Source of the DNA: Dehalococcoidia bacterium
GTDB lineage: Bacteria; Chloroflexota; Dehalococcoidia; UBA2979
NCBI GenBank assembly: GCA_028279505.1
Contig: JANQNP010000067.1
Coordinates: 9 to 64,008 of the forward strand
Length of the DNA: 64,000 nt
Direction: 5' to 3'
The notes under the pieces were generated by a model. The model worked only from the letters and a program-made list of their open reading frames with translations. It did not search any database and had not been told where the DNA came from. Shown piece after piece: positions 27,597-37,588 of the stretch. The position numbers were made by a program, and so were the translations under genes. Position 1 is the stretch's first letter. Every line of letters starts with the position of its first letter.

Positions 27597-28742
27597 TCAG
27601 ACTGATGCCGTCCGGTCGAACCGCTCCCCGTCGACCCACACCGCCACCGGCTCGACCCATCGAGGTGCGGTGCGCACCTCGTCCAGCGTGTCGACCACCT
27701 CGATCGGCGCCTCGTTGATCCGGAAGACGGTCACGTGCGCCGGCCGTCCGACGGCGAGGCTCCCGAGGCCATCCGCATCCAGGTGCCAGGCGCGCGCCGG
27801 GTTGATCGTCACCGCCTGGATCACCTGCTCGATCGAACGGTCCAGCATCAGCGACTTCGTGAGGTTGTGCGCGACCGACCGGGAGTAGCGCTCGATGTTC
27901 CCCGGGTGCATGTCCGTCGAGATGATGTCGAGCGGCATCCCCAGCTCCCGCACCGCGCGCTCGGCCACCTCGAACGAGTACGACGCCCGCCCGTGGCTCG
28001 TCGCCACGATCACCCCGCGCTCGACGGCATCGAGGAACGCGCGGATCGGCGTCCCGTCCCGCTCGAGGATCCCGCCCGCCTTGCCGTGATACGTGTGCGT
28101 GACGATGTCGCCCCGCCGCAGCAGGTCGAGCACATCCTCCAGCAACGGCGGCGCGTTCCCGATGTGCGCCATCAGCGGCAGCCTCGTCAGCTCCGCCGCT
28201 TTCCGCGCGATCTTGACCGCCTCGAGGCCCAGCAACCCCGTGTGCGACGACGACGCCTGCACCTTGATCCCGCGCACCCACTCGCGATGCCGCTCCACGG
28301 CCGCCACGGTGCGCTCCAGCGACACGTACTCCCACTTCGAGGAGTGCCCGCCCTCGATCCCGGGCGCGCCGCTCGATCCGATGTTGATCGCGCCGAACAC
28401 CTTGGTCGACGCGCCCTCGATCATCCCGGCCGGGAACTCGTCGGCGGTCGGCGCCCCCATCGAGCCCGCCTCCACGATCGCGGCCACGCCCTGCTCCACG
28501 CCGAACTGGTCCGCTCGCAGGTTCTCCTCGCGCGAACGATTGGCGCTCCACCCGCGGCTGTGCCCGTCGATCCAGCCGGGTGAGACGTACATTCCGCTCG
28601 CGTCGAACCGCTCGTCGACCCCGGACGGATCCACCGCACCGAGGCCGGCCACCACCCCATCGCGGATCAGCACCGCGCCCGGCGCACTCGTGCCGGTCGT
28701 CACGTCGATGAGCGTGCCGCCCTCGATCAGCGTCGTCGTCAT
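27597..28742 (-). CDS. Amidohydrolase-family metallohydrolase
   Basis: GWIDGHSRGW (HxH-like metal site), TIM-barrel amidohydrolase features. Confidence 0.8.
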   Translation of the reverse strand: MTTTLIEGGTLIDVTTGTSAPGAVLIRDGVVAGLGAVDPSGVDERFDASGMYVSPGWIDGHSRGWSANRSREENLRADQFGVEQGVAAIVEAGSMGAPTADEFPAGMIEGASTKVFGAINIGSSGAPGIEGGHSSKWEYVSLERTVAAVERHREWVRGIKVQASSSHTGLLGLEAVKIARKAAELTRLPLMAHIGNAPPLLEDVLDLLRRGDIVTHTYHGKAGGILERDGTPIRAFLDAVERGVIVATSHGRASYSFEVAERAVRELGMPLDIISTDMHPGNIERYSRSVAHNLTKSLMLDRSIEQVIQAVTINPARAWHLDADGLGSLAVGRPAHVTVFRINEAPIEVVDTLDEVRTAPRWVEPVAVWVDGERFDRTASV

Positions 28743-28751
28743 GAAGCGCCG

Positions 28752-29390
28752 CTACCGATCCGTCGCGGCCAGCCGCGCGGCGAACCCGATCAGCACCGCG
28801 CCGAGCGACCGCTGGATCCAGCGGCGCACCGCCGGCGCGCCGAGCACGAACGTCCGGAACGCCGCGCTCGCGTACGCGTAGCCGGCGAACACCGCGAGCG
28901 TCATCAACATGAACACCGCACCGAGGCCCATCAACCGAGGATCGAGCGGCCCCGCCTCCCCATCGAGGAACTGCGGCAGGAACGCGAAGAAGAACACCGT
29001 CAGCTTCGGGTTCAACAGGTTGAGGAGCACGCCGCGGCGAACGACGGCCGTCATCGCGCCGCCCCACGCTCGCTGCTCGCCGCCTCGCGGTCCCGCCTCG
29101 TCGTCGAACTGCAGCATCCCACCCTCGCGCAGCATCGACAGGCCCATGTACACGAGGTACGCGACCCCCGCGTAGCGCACGACCTCGAACGCAACCGCCC
29201 CCGCCTGCATCACCCCCGACAGGCCAAGCATCGCCGCGAGGAGATGCGGCACGATCCCCAGCGTGCACCCGACCGCGGCGAACAACCCGATCCGCAGGCC
29301 ACCACCGAGGGCGCTCGACACCGTGTACAGCACCCCCGTGCCCGGGATCACGACGACGATCAGCGACGTCACGAGGAACTCGGGGCTCAT
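28752..29390 (-). CDS. LysE/RhtB-family amino-acid exporter
   Basis: IPGTGVLYTVSSAL..., six TM helices, NLLNPKLTVFFFAFLPQF. Confidence 0.85.
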   Translation of the reverse strand: MSPEFLVTSLIVVVIPGTGVLYTVSSALGGGLRIGLFAAVGCTLGIVPHLLAAMLGLSGVMQAGAVAFEVVRYAGVAYLVYMGLSMLREGGMLQFDDEAGPRGGEQRAWGGAMTAVVRRGVLLNLLNPKLTVFFFAFLPQFLDGEAGPLDPRLMGLGAVFMLMTLAVFAGYAYASAAFRTFVLGAPAVRRWIQRSLGAVLIGFAARLAATDR

Positions 29391-29421
29391 CGCCGCCCCC
29401 TCGATCGGAGCTCGTCGTCCA

Positions 29422-30924
29422 TCACAGGTGTCCCGTCATCTCCTCCCGCTCGTCGAGCGGGCGCAGCGCGTCGTTCACGCGCTGCCAGTCCTCGTAGAGC
29501 GCATCGTAGCGGTCGGCCCGCTCGGGGTCGGGCGAGACTACGCGCGAGACCTGCACCATCGCCTCGGCCGCCTCATCGATGTCGTCGTAGATCCCCAGCG
29601 CCACCGCCGCGTACATCGCGGCGCCGCGCGCCTCCACCGCGCCGTCGGTCGCCTCGACCGGCCGCCGCAGGTTGTCCACGATGATCTGCGGCCAGAGCGG
29701 GCTCGCGCCCCCGCTCCCCGTGAACCGCACCACCGTCGGCTCACCGCCCCACTCGAGGACCTGGTCGAAGATCGCCCGGATCGCGAACGCGCCGCCTTCG
29801 AGGACCGCGCGGAACATTTTGGCGCGCCCGTGCGCGCCGTGCAGGCCGACGAACGCTCCACTCGCGCCCGGGCGTAGCTCCGGCGCGACCTGCCCGGCGA
29901 GAAACGGCAGGAACCGTACCCCCTCGGAACCCGGCTCGACCCCCATCGCCGCCGCATCCATCGCCCCGAACGCGTCCGGCCGCGCCGCCTCGTCCGGGTG
30001 CCCGAGCCACGTATCGAGGAACCAGTCGGCCGCGCGACCGGCCATCACCGCGTTCCCCCCGTAGATGTGTCGCTCCGGCGGGATCCCGTAGAACCGGTAC
30101 CCGTCCGCCACCAGCTCATCCGTCACCGCGCGAACCACCGCGTGCGTCCCGATCGTGATCGCGTACGCCCCCACGGTCCCCGCCGCCGCACCCACGTTGG
30201 CGCAGATCCCGTCGTGCCCGCCGACCGCGACCGGCGTGCCCGCCGGAATCCCGAGGGCAGTCGCCGCCTCCGAGGTCACCTCGCCCGCCAGCTCCCACGG
30301 CGCCGCGACGCGCGGCAACAGATCGCGCGCGATCCCGAGCCCGGTCACCGACCGCGGATCGAAATCCTCACGGTCCGGTCCCGAGGTCGGATCCGTCACC
30401 GCCTCGCCGGTCAGTCGGTAGACCAGGAAGTCCTTCGCGTAGAGCAGCTGGGCCGTTCGCTCCGCGATCGTCGGCTCGTGCTGCTCGAGCCAGCGCCACT
30501 TGGCGACCATCCCGGCTGCGTAGTTCGCGAGGTGGTACCCGCTCGCCCGCCACTCGTGCAGCAACCGCATCTGGTCGAGGTGACGCCCATCCGACCAGGA
30601 GGGCGCGACCAGCGCACCACCCGCGTCGACGGCGGCGAACCCGTTCGCGCGAGCCGAGAGCCCGATCCCCGCGACCTCGGCCCCGTCGAGCGCCGGGCTG
30701 GCAAGCAGACGCCGCGTCAGCTCGCCGGTATCGCTCCACCACTCGTCCGGATCCTGCCAGACCCGTTCGGCGCCGCTCGTGTCGTCCGGTTCCGCCTCGA
30801 TCGATCGATGCTCGCGATTCCGCGCGGTCTCGCGCCCAAGCAGCCGCCCATCCTCGGAGAACGCGGCGACCTTCAGCCGGGTCGTACCGAGGTCGATCGC
30901 AAGCAGCACCCGCGAGTCGGACAT
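29422..30924 (-). CDS. FGGY-family carbohydrate kinase (xylulokinase-like)
   Basis: LLAIDLGTTRLKVAAF (N-terminal ATPase motif), GGHDGICANVGAAA, FTGSGGASPLWPQIIVDNL. Confidence 0.9.
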   Translation of the reverse strand: MSDSRVLLAIDLGTTRLKVAAFSEDGRLLGRETARNREHRSIEAEPDDTSGAERVWQDPDEWWSDTGELTRRLLASPALDGAEVAGIGLSARANGFAAVDAGGALVAPSWSDGRHLDQMRLLHEWRASGYHLANYAAGMVAKWRWLEQHEPTIAERTAQLLYAKDFLVYRLTGEAVTDPTSGPDREDFDPRSVTGLGIARDLLPRVAAPWELAGEVTSEAATALGIPAGTPVAVGGHDGICANVGAAAGTVGAYAITIGTHAVVRAVTDELVADGYRFYGIPPERHIYGGNAVMAGRAADWFLDTWLGHPDEAARPDAFGAMDAAAMGVEPGSEGVRFLPFLAGQVAPELRPGASGAFVGLHGAHGRAKMFRAVLEGGAFAIRAIFDQVLEWGGEPTVVRFTGSGGASPLWPQIIVDNLRRPVEATDGAVEARGAAMYAAVALGIYDDIDEAAEAMVQVSRVVSPDPERADRYDALYEDWQRVNDALRPLDEREEMTGHL

Positions 30925-30927
30925 CCG

Positions 30928-31311
30928 CTACTGCACCTCGAAGATCGCGAAGGAGCCGAGCGCCTTCGCGACGAGCCGGTCGCCGTTGAACACCTCCGAC
31001 TCGAGGACCGCGACGCGCCGCCCCCGGTTCACGATCGTCGTCTCGGTGCGAATGCTGCCCTCGCGCACCGGCGCGAGGTAGTTGATCTTGATCTCGATCG
31101 TCGCCGTCCGCTCGTTCTCGGCCAGCTCCGGCGAAAGCATCGCACCCATCGAGGTGTCCGCCAGCGAGTAGATCACGCCGCCATGCACGACGCCGTACGG
31201 ATTGAAGTGCTGCGGCCCGACCTCGATCCCGTTCTGTCCGCCGTCGGCGTCATCCAGGTGGCGCAGCCCGATCAGCTCGATGAAGTCCGCAGCCGATTCC
31301 GGTTCGTTCAT
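30928..31311 (-). CDS. PaaI-family hotdog thioesterase
   Basis: NPYGVVHGGVIYSLADTSMGAM is the characteristic PaaI/4HBT motif. Confidence 0.85.
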   Translation of the reverse strand: MNEPESAADFIELIGLRHLDDADGGQNGIEVGPQHFNPYGVVHGGVIYSLADTSMGAMLSPELAENERTATIEIKINYLAPVREGSIRTETTIVNRGRRVAVLESEVFNGDRLVAKALGSFAIFEVQ

Positions 31312-31432
31312 CTCGCTCCCTGCAACGGGCCTCGTTGATTCCACACGGCGAGCACATCTGCCAGAATCACGCCCGACAACGTACCGAGCATGCCACGCCA
31401 TCACCGCGCGAACCGCCTCGAGGAGGCCATAC

Positions 31433-32341
31433 GTGAACTCACCCGAGATGCAGGCCTTCCTCAAGGAGCGCGAAGAGCAGATGGCCGCGGCCGCCGACCA
31501 GCCCCGCCCTGACCTCGCAACCCAGCGCGCCGGCGCGGACTCGATGGCGCGGCCGGCACCCGAGGACGTGCAAGTCACCTCGGTCGACGCCGGCGGCGTC
31601 CCGGGCGACTGGGTTGTAGCACCAGGCGCCGACCCGGGACGGCGCGTGCTCTACCTGCACGGCGGCGGCTACGTCCTGCTCTCCGCGCTCACCCACCGTC
31701 GCCTCGCCGCCGACATCTCGCGTGAGTCCGGCTGCGCCGTCCTCGTCCTCGACTATCGCCTCGCCCCGGAGCACCCCTTCCCTGCCGCGGTCGACGACGC
31801 CCTCGCCGCCTACCGCTGGATCCTCGAGAACGGCCCGGACGGCGCCTCCCAGGCCACCAGCACCTTCATCGGCGGCGACTCGGCGGGCGGCGGCCTCACC
31901 TTCGCCACCGTGATCAACGCCCGCGACAACAACGTGCCGCTCCCCAACGCCGCCTTCGGCATCTCCTCCTGGACCGACGTCTCCAACACGCGGCCATCGA
32001 GGGAGACCCGCCTCGGCATCGACCCGCTCTTCACCGACCCGGCGCTGCTCGCCGCCTTCCAGGCCCAGTACATGGGCGAGCAGGACCCGAAGCAGCCGCT
32101 GGCATCACCGCTGTTCGGCGACCTCGCCGGCTTCCCGCCCGTCTACCTGCTCGTCGCCGATCACGAGGTGCTCCTCGACGACTCCCTCGAGTTCGCCGAG
32201 AGGGCCCGCGCCGCCAACGTCCGCGCCACCGTCAGCGTCGAGCCCGGCGGGATCCACTTCTTCCCGCAGATGAACCCCGACCTCCCCGAGAGCCGCGCCG
32301 CCATCCTCGAGATCGGCGCATTCCTGCGCGGGCACGGCTAG
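31433..32341 (+). CDS. Alpha/beta-hydrolase fold-3 esterase/lipase (HSL family)
   Basis: LHGGGY oxyanion motif, GDSAGG nucleophile elbow; GTG start with GGAGG RBS 7 nt upstream. Confidence 0.85.
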   Translation: MNSPEMQAFLKEREEQMAAAADQPRPDLATQRAGADSMARPAPEDVQVTSVDAGGVPGDWVVAPGADPGRRVLYLHGGGYVLLSALTHRRLAADISRESGCAVLVLDYRLAPEHPFPAAVDDALAAYRWILENGPDGASQATSTFIGGDSAGGGLTFATVINARDNNVPLPNAAFGISSWTDVSNTRPSRETRLGIDPLFTDPALLAAFQAQYMGEQDPKQPLASPLFGDLAGFPPVYLLVADHEVLLDDSLEFAERARAANVRATVSVEPGGIHFFPQMNPDLPESRAAILEIGAFLRGHG

Positions 32342-32437
32342 CCGCGGGACTCGTGAACGCCGGCACGAGGGCGCCCGGAGCGACCGGCATACTGATCGAG
32401 ACCATCGAACCACTTGATTCGATGAGGGAGGCACAAC

Positions 32438-33109
32438 ATGGGACTCGGTGACACGGTGATGTCGCTCCTCGCCGGTCGGAGCTGGCGCGTGGCCAGTCAG
32501 GCCGCCGCCCAGCGCCTCGAACCGCTCGAGTTCCCTGCCACCGTCGAGCTGAGCGGTGGCCCCGTCGAGCTACGACCGATGACCGCGAACGATCGCGTCG
32601 CGATGCTCGCCTTCGCGAACAGCCTCCCGCCCCACGACCTGCTCTTCCTCCGCCGCGACATCACCCAGCCCGACGTCGTCGACGCCTGGGTGCACGACCT
32701 CGAGAGCGACCGCTACGTCACCATCCTCGCCATCAAGGAAGACGCCATCGTGGGCTACGCGACCGTCGCTTCCGAGGGCCTGACCTGGACCCGCCACGTC
32801 GCCGAGCTGCGGATCCTCGTCAGCCCCACGATGCGCGGCCAGCAGCTCGGCCGGCTCCTCACCGAGCAGGCCTTCGCCCTCGCGAGGGAGCGCGGCGTCC
32901 GCAAGATGATCGCCCAGATGACGACTGACCAGACCGCCGCGATGCGCGTCTTCGGCCACATGGGCTTCGAGCGCGAGGCGCGCCTCCGCAACCAGCTCAT
33001 CGACCGTGACGGCCAGCTCCACGACCTCCAGATCATGAGCCTCGACGTCGACGAGTTCCGCGCCAAGGTCGACCTCATGGCGGTCAGCGCCCAGCACGAA
33101 CTCGTCTAG
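32438..33109 (+). CDS. GNAT-family N-acetyltransferase
   Basis: Motif A RGQQLGRLL, GNAT core beta-strands. Confidence 0.8.
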   Translation: MGLGDTVMSLLAGRSWRVASQAAAQRLEPLEFPATVELSGGPVELRPMTANDRVAMLAFANSLPPHDLLFLRRDITQPDVVDAWVHDLESDRYVTILAIKEDAIVGYATVASEGLTWTRHVAELRILVSPTMRGQQLGRLLTEQAFALARERGVRKMIAQMTTDQTAAMRVFGHMGFEREARLRNQLIDRDGQLHDLQIMSLDVDEFRAKVDLMAVSAQHELV

Positions 33110-33113
33110 CGGG

Positions 33114-33164
33114 CCCCACCCTCCGAGGCCAGCCAACCCTCCGAGGCCGCCCACCCTCCGAGGC
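33114..33164. repeat. Three tandem copies of a 17 bp unit (cCCACCCTCCGAGGCC) directly after the GNAT stop
   Basis: Seen: ccccaccctccgaggcc / agccaaccctccgaggcc / gcccaccctccgaggcc. Related CCCACCYTCCGAGG copies are at 10413-10426 and 20274-20313. Confidence 0.6.
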
Positions 33165-33234
33165 CAACCAACCCCAGGTAGCTCGCACGACCGCGCGCCG
33201 CGAGCCACGGCCCTGCGAGGTGGCCGGACCACGC

Positions 33235-33270
33235 ACCCCGAAGGGTCAGAAGAGGGGTCGAAGACCCCCC
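33235..33270. repeat. Dispersed intergenic element, copy B: ACCCCGAAGGGTC + agaa + GAGGGGTCGAAGACCCC
   Basis: Two GAA-triloop hairpins ending 2 nt before the CtaG stop codon (33272-33274). Confidence 0.55.
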
Positions 33271-33271
33271 G

Positions 33272-34111
33272 TCAGATTTGGCCGGCTCGTCTCGACTCCG
33301 TTGCTGACCAGGCGAAGAACGCCATCGCCAGCCGGGCCATCAGGATCGGCATCGTGCCCATCCACATCAGAAGCCCGGCGATCACCTGGTCATCCTTTGC
33401 TGAGAGGTCCGAGAAGGCGCGCGTCGCGAACTCGAACGTCGTGTAGAGCGGGAACTCCGAGAACACGAAGAACGCGCCCGGAATCGTCGGCAGCACCGTG
33501 ATCCCGAGGACATACACCAGCCGGCGCGCGTTCGCCGTCGACATGTCCCCCTCCTGGTCGAACGCGCCGATCGCGCTCCAGAAGATCAGCCCGGCCATCA
33601 GCCACAGCACGTCCATCGCCATCGAGCCGAACTGGATCGGCTTCAGCGTGTCGGCGACGAACGGCAGGTGTGTCACCGCCAGCACCGCGTTGAACGCGAC
33701 GAACGCCAGGAACGGCCGGTCCACGAGGTAGCGCGCCCAGCCCATCCCCGGCGCGCCCCACACCAGCTCGCGCATCCACGGCGGCGTGCCACGGATCAAC
33801 AGCGGTGCCACGATCAGCGAGTAGAGGATGTACTGGATCATGTGCGCGGTGAGCAGGTACCCCGCGCCCAGCACCCCCAGCGGCCAGTCCGTCGCGATCC
33901 ACAGCAGCACGTACCCCGTCGCGAACGAGGTCACCTGTGACCGCGTCACCACCGGCTCGCCGGCCGCGACCTTCGCCGGCCCGATCCGCCTGATCGCGTA
34001 CACGTACCCAACGAGGAGCGCGATCATCGCCGCCCAGATCCCCGGGTAGAACTGCGGCGTCCACGACCACGGCCCTGTCTGAGCCGAGCACCACCAGCCG
34101 ACGTTCGTCAT
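33272..34111 (-). CDS. Cytochrome c oxidase assembly factor CtaG-like membrane protein (Caa3_CtaG family)
   Basis: Polytopic membrane protein of about 280 aa, directly downstream of PCuAC and SCO1 genes with a 4 nt start/stop overlap. Confidence 0.65.
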   Translation of the reverse strand: MTNVGWWCSAQTGPWSWTPQFYPGIWAAMIALLVGYVYAIRRIGPAKVAAGEPVVTRSQVTSFATGYVLLWIATDWPLGVLGAGYLLTAHMIQYILYSLIVAPLLIRGTPPWMRELVWGAPGMGWARYLVDRPFLAFVAFNAVLAVTHLPFVADTLKPIQFGSMAMDVLWLMAGLIFWSAIGAFDQEGDMSTANARRLVYVLGITVLPTIPGAFFVFSEFPLYTTFEFATRAFSDLSAKDDQVIAGLLMWMGTMPILMARLAMAFFAWSATESRRAGQI

Positions 34112-34608
34112 CGCGCGCCCTCCGCGTCGGCGTACGTCAGCACCGGCACCTCGATCGTCACCGCCCCCGCGCGCTCGAACTGGAGCGTCACCGCGATCGT
34201 GTCGCCCTCCTCGAGGCGCGTCCCGAGCGCCATCAACATCACATGCAGGCCACCCGGCGTCAGCTCGGTCAGCCCATCCGGCGGCAGCACGATCCCGCCC
34301 TCGACCGGCACCATCCGCGACGTGTCCCCCTCCGCCACCGTCGAGTGCAGGTGAGTCATCGCTGCCACCGAGGTCGTTGCACCCAGCAGCCGGTCCCCCT
34401 CGCCGTCCCGGTCCACCATCGTGAAGTAGAGCGCCGCCGTGTCCGCCGGCGGCGCCGGCACGAACGGCTCGTGGATCGACAGATTCGAGGTCTCCGCCAC
34501 CGCCTCGCCGAGCGCCGCATCGCCGCCCGCACCGTCGTCGGGCTCGTCATCCTCGCCACAGCCCGAGGCCAGCAGCGCGACCGACGCGATCAGCAGCACC
34601 ACCGCCAT
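34108..34608 (-). CDS. Copper chaperone PCu(A)C (DUF461) lipoprotein
   Basis: Lipobox LLASGCG, His/Met copper motifs (HLHSTV, GGLHVMLM). Confidence 0.8.
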   Translation of the reverse strand: MAVVLLIASVALLASGCGEDDEPDDGAGGDAALGEAVAETSNLSIHEPFVPAPPADTAALYFTMVDRDGEGDRLLGATTSVAAMTHLHSTVAEGDTSRMVPVEGGIVLPPDGLTELTPGGLHVMLMALGTRLEEGDTIAVTLQFERAGAVTIEVPVLTYADAEGAR

Positions 34609-34619
34609 CGTCGCTCGGC

Positions 34620-35300
34620 TCACGAGCTCGGCCACCCCTCCCGCACCAGCAGCTCCAGGTCGTGAGCCCACGCCGACTGCCGAATGCCGCTCGGGTAGCG
34701 GAGGTGCGTCTGATCATCCTGCGTGTAGAGGAAGATCCACCCGGCGTGCGCCACGGTATAGCCACCCTCGAACTCCGAGTCCACGAACGCCACCGGCACG
34801 GCAGCCGCCTCCTGCGCGGCGATCAGCTGCTCCTCGGTTCCGGTCAGCCCCACGAAGTCGGTGTCGAAGAAGCCGAGCCACTCCGTCACCCGCTCCGGCG
34901 TGTCACGCGGGGCGTCGACCCCCACAAACACCACCTTCACCCCGCGTCGGGTATCCCCGGACGACTGGTCCAGCGCGGACGCGATGTTGGCGAGGTGCAC
35001 CGGGCAGATGTCCGGGCAGTTCGTGTAGCCGAAGTACAGCAGGGTCACGAACCCCGCCGTCTCCTCGACGAAGTCGTACGGCTCACCGGTCGCAGCGTCG
35101 TCGAGCACGAAGTCCGGCTTCGCCAGCGGACCGGGGAACGCCGAACCGGCAAGTCCGAGGTCCGCCACCACCTGTTCCTGCGGCGTCAGCGGTGCCTCCG
35201 TCGACCCCGAGTCGGAGTCGCCACAGGCCACCAAGACCAGCGATCCAACCACGAGGACCGCGAACATCTGCGTCCGAAACCGGAGTGGTGGCGAGTGCAC
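34620..35300 (-). CDS. SCO1/SenC-family thioredoxin-like copper chaperone
   Basis: FGYTNCPDICP (CxxxC), a conserved downstream His, lipoprotein signal (LVLVACG). Confidence 0.85.
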   Translation of the reverse strand: MHSPPLRFRTQMFAVLVVGSLVLVACGDSDSGSTEAPLTPQEQVVADLGLAGSAFPGPLAKPDFVLDDAATGEPYDFVEETAGFVTLLYFGYTNCPDICPVHLANIASALDQSSGDTRRGVKVVFVGVDAPRDTPERVTEWLGFFDTDFVGLTGTEEQLIAAQEAAAVPVAFVDSEFEGGYTVAHAGWIFLYTQDDQTHLRYPSGIRQSAWAHDLELLVREGWPSS

Positions 35301-35428
35301 GGTTGAGCCCTCGAACCCTGCGCGCGTGGTGGAGGCGCGGCGCTCAGCCGACGGTAGCGAGCAGCCGAAGTACCGGCAACGAGCCTCACGTGAGCGCGAT
35401 TACGGTCGCGACACGCCCCTCGAACGGA

Positions 35429-36625
35429 TCAGTCGGCGGCCTGCAGTCGGAACACCCCGCCGCTGGTCAGATCGAGCACCAGCACCTCGCCCTCGGCGTC
35501 CACGCCGAACGACACGAGGTTGCCGTCGAGCTCTGCGACCACCGCGGGCGGCTCATCGCCGTCGCGCTCCAGCACCCAGATCTCGCCGCTGCAGAAGTCC
35601 CCGAAGAGGTAGCGCCCACCCAGCCCCGCGATCGCATCGCCCCGGTAGACGAGCCCGCCGACGATCGCGCAGCGCCCGTCGCCGTGCGAGTAGGTCGCCT
35701 GCGGCAGCACCAGCCCGGTCGGGTCGCAGCCGGCACGGCTCAGACACCCCGAGCCCTCCATGATCGGCCAACCGAGGTTGTCCCCCGCCTCGACGCGATC
35801 GATCTCCTCCTCGCCCGAGACCTGCACATCGCCGAGCCACACCTCGCCGCTCTCCGCGTCGATCGACATCCGCCACGGGTTCCGCAGCCCGTACGCCCAG
35901 ATCTCGGGCCGCGCGCCCTCGGTCTCGAGGAACGGATTGTCGTCCGGGATCGCGTACGGCGCATCTTCCGAGGCGTCACGCACGTCGATCCGGAGCACCG
36001 TGCCGAGCAACGTCCCGAGGTTCTGCCCGTTCTCGAACGGATCGGTCGACGCGCTGCCGTCGCCGAGGCTCAGGTACAGCATCCCGTCGTCCGGCCCGAA
36101 CTGGATCGCCCCGCCGTTCTGGTTGAACCCCGGCTGCTCCAGCTCAAGCACCACCAGCTCGCTCGCCGGATCCGCGACGTCGTCGAGCACCGTGAACCGC
36201 GACAGCAGCGTGCGATCCGGCTTCGGGTCGACGAAGTAGTACACCCATAGGTGCCCGTTCTCCTCGAACCCCGGATCGAGCGCTACCGACAGCACGCCCT
36301 CCCCGAAGTCCGAGTCCACGCGGTCGGTGAGTTCGAGGAGCACCGACCCACCTGGGTCAGCCTCGCTGACGAGGAGCACTCGCCCGTCCTGCTCCGCCAC
36401 GAACAACCGCCCGCCCGGATACGCGCCGATCTCCACCGGCGACGCGTACCGCTCCCCACCGAGGGCCGGCGCCAATTCGAGGACCGGCAACTCCTCGTCG
36501 CCACACGCGAGGAACACGGCTGTGAGCAGTGCGACAGCGAAGGCAGCAGTGCGCAGGATCGAGTACCCCTCGGTGTCGTGGCGGTCGGCAGACGATAGCG
36601 CGGCCTCCGGTTCCGCGCCCAACAC
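35429..36625 (-). CDS. Soluble PQQ-dependent sugar (glucose/sorbosone) dehydrogenase-like beta-propeller lipoprotein (start tentative, GTG 36625)
   Basis: GSDH-family motifs (LLGTVLRIDV, NPWRMS, GDNLGWPIMEG), lipobox VFLACG. Confidence 0.75.
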   Translation of the reverse strand: MLGAEPEAALSSADRHDTEGYSILRTAAFAVALLTAVFLACGDEELPVLELAPALGGERYASPVEIGAYPGGRLFVAEQDGRVLLVSEADPGGSVLLELTDRVDSDFGEGVLSVALDPGFEENGHLWVYYFVDPKPDRTLLSRFTVLDDVADPASELVVLELEQPGFNQNGGAIQFGPDDGMLYLSLGDGSASTDPFENGQNLGTLLGTVLRIDVRDASEDAPYAIPDDNPFLETEGARPEIWAYGLRNPWRMSIDAESGEVWLGDVQVSGEEEIDRVEAGDNLGWPIMEGSGCLSRAGCDPTGLVLPQATYSHGDGRCAIVGGLVYRGDAIAGLGGRYLFGDFCSGEIWVLERDGDEPPAVVAELDGNLVSFGVDAEGEVLVLDLTSGGVFRLQAAD

Positions 36626-36681
36626 GCACGTACTGGACAACCGTCGCCCGATCAGCGAAAACACGGGCGAGGAGCGATGCC

Positions 36682-37542
36682 ATGACCACCGAAACGACGC
36701 CACGCCAGATCGAAGACCCCACCGTCGGCAAGGTTCTCTCCGACAAGCAACTCACCGTCACCGAGTCACTCCTCGAGGACTACTTCGAGGGCCTCGAACT
36801 CGATCGCGGCCCGTTTGACCGCGGCGAGGCCCCGGTCCCCTCCCTGATCGCCCGCTCCTTCGACAACTACCACGAGGAGTCACGCTTCCAGCAAGACAAG
36901 GGCCACCTCTGGATGCGCCAGCAGTGGGCCTTCCAGGCCCCGCTCCAGCTCGGTCAGACCTACACCACCCACGCCCGCATCGAGGACATCTACGAGCGCC
37001 GCGACCGCACAGTCGTCAACACCGCCGTCGACGCCACGGACGCCGACGGCAACACCGTCCTCACTTCCAACCACCACCAGTCGTTCCTCCTCAACCCACC
37101 CGAGAACCAGGTCGAGTTCCGCGACCCCACGAAGAAGGAGGGCGCCCGCAAGTTCATCGTCCCGGACGGCGACGCGATCGAGCCGATCGACCGTGCGATC
37201 ACCCTCGAGATGTGCGGGCAGTACTTCCACGGCAGCAAGAGCTACCACACCGACCTCGAGGCCTCGCAGGCCCTGGGCTTCCAGCAAGTGGTCGTCGGCG
37301 GCGCGATGACGATGTCCTACCTCGGCCACCTCATGGACGGCCACTTCGGCGCGCCCTGGTGGACGAGCGGCGTCCTCGACGTGAAGTTCACCAACCCCAC
37401 CTGGCCCGACGACCGCATCACCGTGAAGGGCGTCGCGACCGGACCCTCCGAGGACGAGCCGGACCGCGAGCACGCCTTCGCCTGGATCGAGAAGGACGAC
37501 GGCACGATCGTCCTCATCGCCAACGCCAGCGTCGCCCGCTAA
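36682..37542 (+). CDS. Double-hotdog MaoC-like dehydratase
   Basis: Two hotdog-like halves. The family assignment is tentative. Confidence 0.5.
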   Translation: MTTETTPRQIEDPTVGKVLSDKQLTVTESLLEDYFEGLELDRGPFDRGEAPVPSLIARSFDNYHEESRFQQDKGHLWMRQQWAFQAPLQLGQTYTTHARIEDIYERRDRTVVNTAVDATDADGNTVLTSNHHQSFLLNPPENQVEFRDPTKKEGARKFIVPDGDAIEPIDRAITLEMCGQYFHGSKSYHTDLEASQALGFQQVVVGGAMTMSYLGHLMDGHFGAPWWTSGVLDVKFTNPTWPDDRITVKGVATGPSEDEPDREHAFAWIEKDDGTIVLIANASVAR

Positions 37543-37588
37543 CGAGGATCGCAACCCGCCGCCTCGTCGGCGCCCGCGCGTCGAGCCG

